Assembly (NCBI GenBank): GCA_043228905.1
Contig: JBHGNT010000014.1
Span: forward strand, 12,958,001-13,022,000
Source of the DNA: Azolla caroliniana
Lineage: Eukaryota > Plantae > Polypodiophyta
Direction of reading: 5' to 3'
Length of the DNA stretch: 64,000 nucleotides
Part shown: positions 62,046 to 64,000 of the stretch, piece after piece
Numbering within the stretch: the stretch's first letter is position 1
Layout: the number at the start of each line of letters is the position of its first letter
The notes under the pieces: generated by a model
Told to the model about the DNA's origin: nothing
Databases searched by the model: none
What the model saw: only the letters and a program-made list of their open reading frames with translations
Made by a program: the position numbers and the translations under genes

Positions 62046-63026
62046 CAACGGACGAAGGTATGCAAGTGAAGTGGTCGACTTGATTTCTTCTATTATGAGA
62101 GGGTAAATAGTCGAGGTTGACCCAAAACATGACACAGTAGGAAAGTGAGCAGTTGTGACTGTCATTGAAACTAGAAGGTGAGCGATCAAATTCGATCCTC
62201 GCCAAAGGAAAATGGCGTGAGACTTAAACTAAAATGAAAATGGAGTGCAAGCGAGCAATGATTCGATCCCCACCAGGAAAGTGAATGGTTGGAACCCCCA
62301 TCAGAACTAGAAAGGTGAGCAATCGAAAGCAATCCTCACCAAAATTGTGATGCAAAATGATACCTATAGATGATGACAATGGCAATGAAGAGTGAGGAAT
62401 AATGACGGTACTAAAAGACCATGCAAAGTAGTATTGATGATGATGAAGGTTGGGTGCAGATGTGCTAAAAATGATGATGTTGAAGACAACGATGTTGATG
62501 ACGATAACTCTAGAAGCAAGGACGGTGATGATGGTAACTATAGAAGAAAAGGCAATGACAAAGACGAGTGATGGTTCTAGTTGGAAAGGATTCAAACTGT
62601 CACAGACACACCAAGTGCGGACTGGGTCAGAGCAGGGATGATGGGGTTATGAGCAACGGGCTATGAACTTGGAGCTAGAAATGACATAAGACCATGAAGA
62701 CATAGATAAAGATCAAGAAGGCAAGATGGGGTGAAACGAGAATACTAGATTCATGTGTCAATGACTGGGGCAAGTTTTGAGATTATCTCTAGAATATATC
62801 TAACAAATATCTCTAGAATATACCCGTCTAGAATACACCATAGAATATTTCTAGAATACACTAAATGCTCTAGAATATTCTAGAATGTATATATAGTAGA
62901 ATATACAATACTTTATTATATATAAGTACATGCTCATATCTAGATGGTTGAGCATGAGGTCTTGTAAATGTGAGGTTGTAGGTTCAATCCTCACTAACTA
63001 CGTTTCTGACGTCACTGTGTCATGAC

Positions 63027-63542
63027 TATAGTTGTTTACATACCTATATTTAACGTTTAAATACGTATAGTACCTCATCATTTGTATAGTACGTATTATA
63101 CCTCAATGTTGTTCAATCAAATATCATGTACATTTGTCCAATACGATATTTAACGTATTTATAAAAAAACAAGTATAATATGTATTTATAAAAAAACAAG
63201 TATAATATGTATTTATAAAGAAAATGTAAGTAAAACCCTAACAAAAAGCAAAAGAAAAAAAAGATTTTAGTGAAAAAGAAGCCAAAGGAAAGAAGAAAGA
63301 AGAATAGAAGAGACGACGATGAAGAAGAAGAAGAGAGAAAAGAAGACATAAACCTGTCCTGAGTGTGATAATCGCAGTAGATAGAAGAAGAAGAAGAAGA
63401 AAATGAAGAAAAGAGAAACGTAAATGTATTTTACAAGTATTTAACAGATTAAGAGAACGTAGTTAACATATTTTTAAATTAGGAGGTACTATATGGGTAT
63501 TAATACATTAAATACGTATGGTATCCGTACCTAACAAGCTTG
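63027..63542. mobile_element. MITE-like insertion with an 8-bp TSD (hAT-type by TSD length)
   Basis: Flanked by GTCATGAC (63019-63026) and GTCATGAA (63543-63550). It has about 60-bp imperfect terminal inverted repeats (TATTTAA...AATAC...TATAGTACCTC) and an AT-rich, non-coding interior. Confidence 0.65.
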
Positions 63543-63623
63543 GTCATGAAAACTAGGGCAAACTTTACCAGTGTGATCATTGTATACTGGATGTGAGGTC
63601 GTTGCCTCTATTGCAGACATAGC

Positions 63624-63664
<41 letters not shown>

Positions 63665-64000
63665 CTAGCATCTCTGTTGTAACCGCCAATGGGCACCAAA
63701 AATAAACTCAAGGTCAGTACATGTGAGTTCACTTTTTATTTCCTCTCATAGCGATTTTTTTGGAGTTTGTGGGCTCCTGTGGTTTTTATTCGGTTGGAGT
63801 TTTCCATGTTAATATCTTGCGTACAACATTCTCTGTTTTGCTTGTTTCCCCATTCTGCCCTTGAATCTCGGTTGTGGCCAAGTCCATTTTTTGATCAAAC
63901 TGGTATCAAAGCGGAGGTTCATTACCTTCAAGTTAAGAAACAAGGAAGATACATTTGGGGGAATGTTCAAGCTAACTGGCTCCATCTACTCAGTCTAGAA

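Larger units (their letters stand above)
44340..63551 (-). mobile_element. Non-autonomous LTR retroelement N (about 1.2-kb non-coding interior at 61379-62597)
   Basis: Perfect TSD ACTAG (44335-44339 and 63552-63556). The 3' LTR is 44340-44507 plus 61065-61378; the 5' LTR is 62598-63026 plus 63543-63551. PPT AAGGGGAGGATAA (minus strand) at 61379-61391. No gag/pol motifs inside. Confidence 0.85.
44152..64000 (+). mobile_element. Copia C4: 5' LTR split into 44152-44339 and 63552-63897 by a 19-kb nest, followed by PBS and gag start
   Basis: The LTR start TGTTGAGAAATAGGTCCCTCC resembles C1-C3. The halves rejoin as GTATAAAGATA-ACTAG-GGCAAAC (compare GTATAAATATGACTTAGGGCAAAC in C2/C3). PBS TGGTATCAAAGC at 63901-63912, then EDTFGGMFKLTGS. 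Confidence 0.85.

Overview
This window looks like eukaryotic heterochromatin, most likely from a land plant and probably moss-like (inferred only from the TE types). I found no supportable host gene. Almost all of it is nested, mostly decayed retrotransposons, and most boundaries could be fixed from LTR termini, PBS/PPT and target-site duplications (TSDs). 1-11.9 kb: fragmented Ty1/copia elements, a LINE fragment, a solo LTR and a DNA-transposase remnant. 11.9-43.6 kb: a TAGCTA-rich array interrupted by a LINE and by two non-chromoviral Ty3/gypsy elements (G1, G2), which carry three copia insertions (C1 containing C2, and a nearly intact C3). 44.1-64 kb: a five-level nest of copia LTR > non-autonomous LTR element N > chromodomain gypsy CH > gypsy G4 > solo LTR, plus a MITE. 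Four signals stand out. (i) Three LTR families carry an antisense tRNA-like A-box/B-box cassette in U3. (ii) N and CH share termini, PPT, a non-tRNA PBS that may self-prime, and heat-shock elements. (iii) Three gypsy copies carry a conserved long extra ORF after pol. (iv) A covarying hairpin sits where the PPT should be in two of them. All family assignments come from motifs read by eye; no database search was possible.
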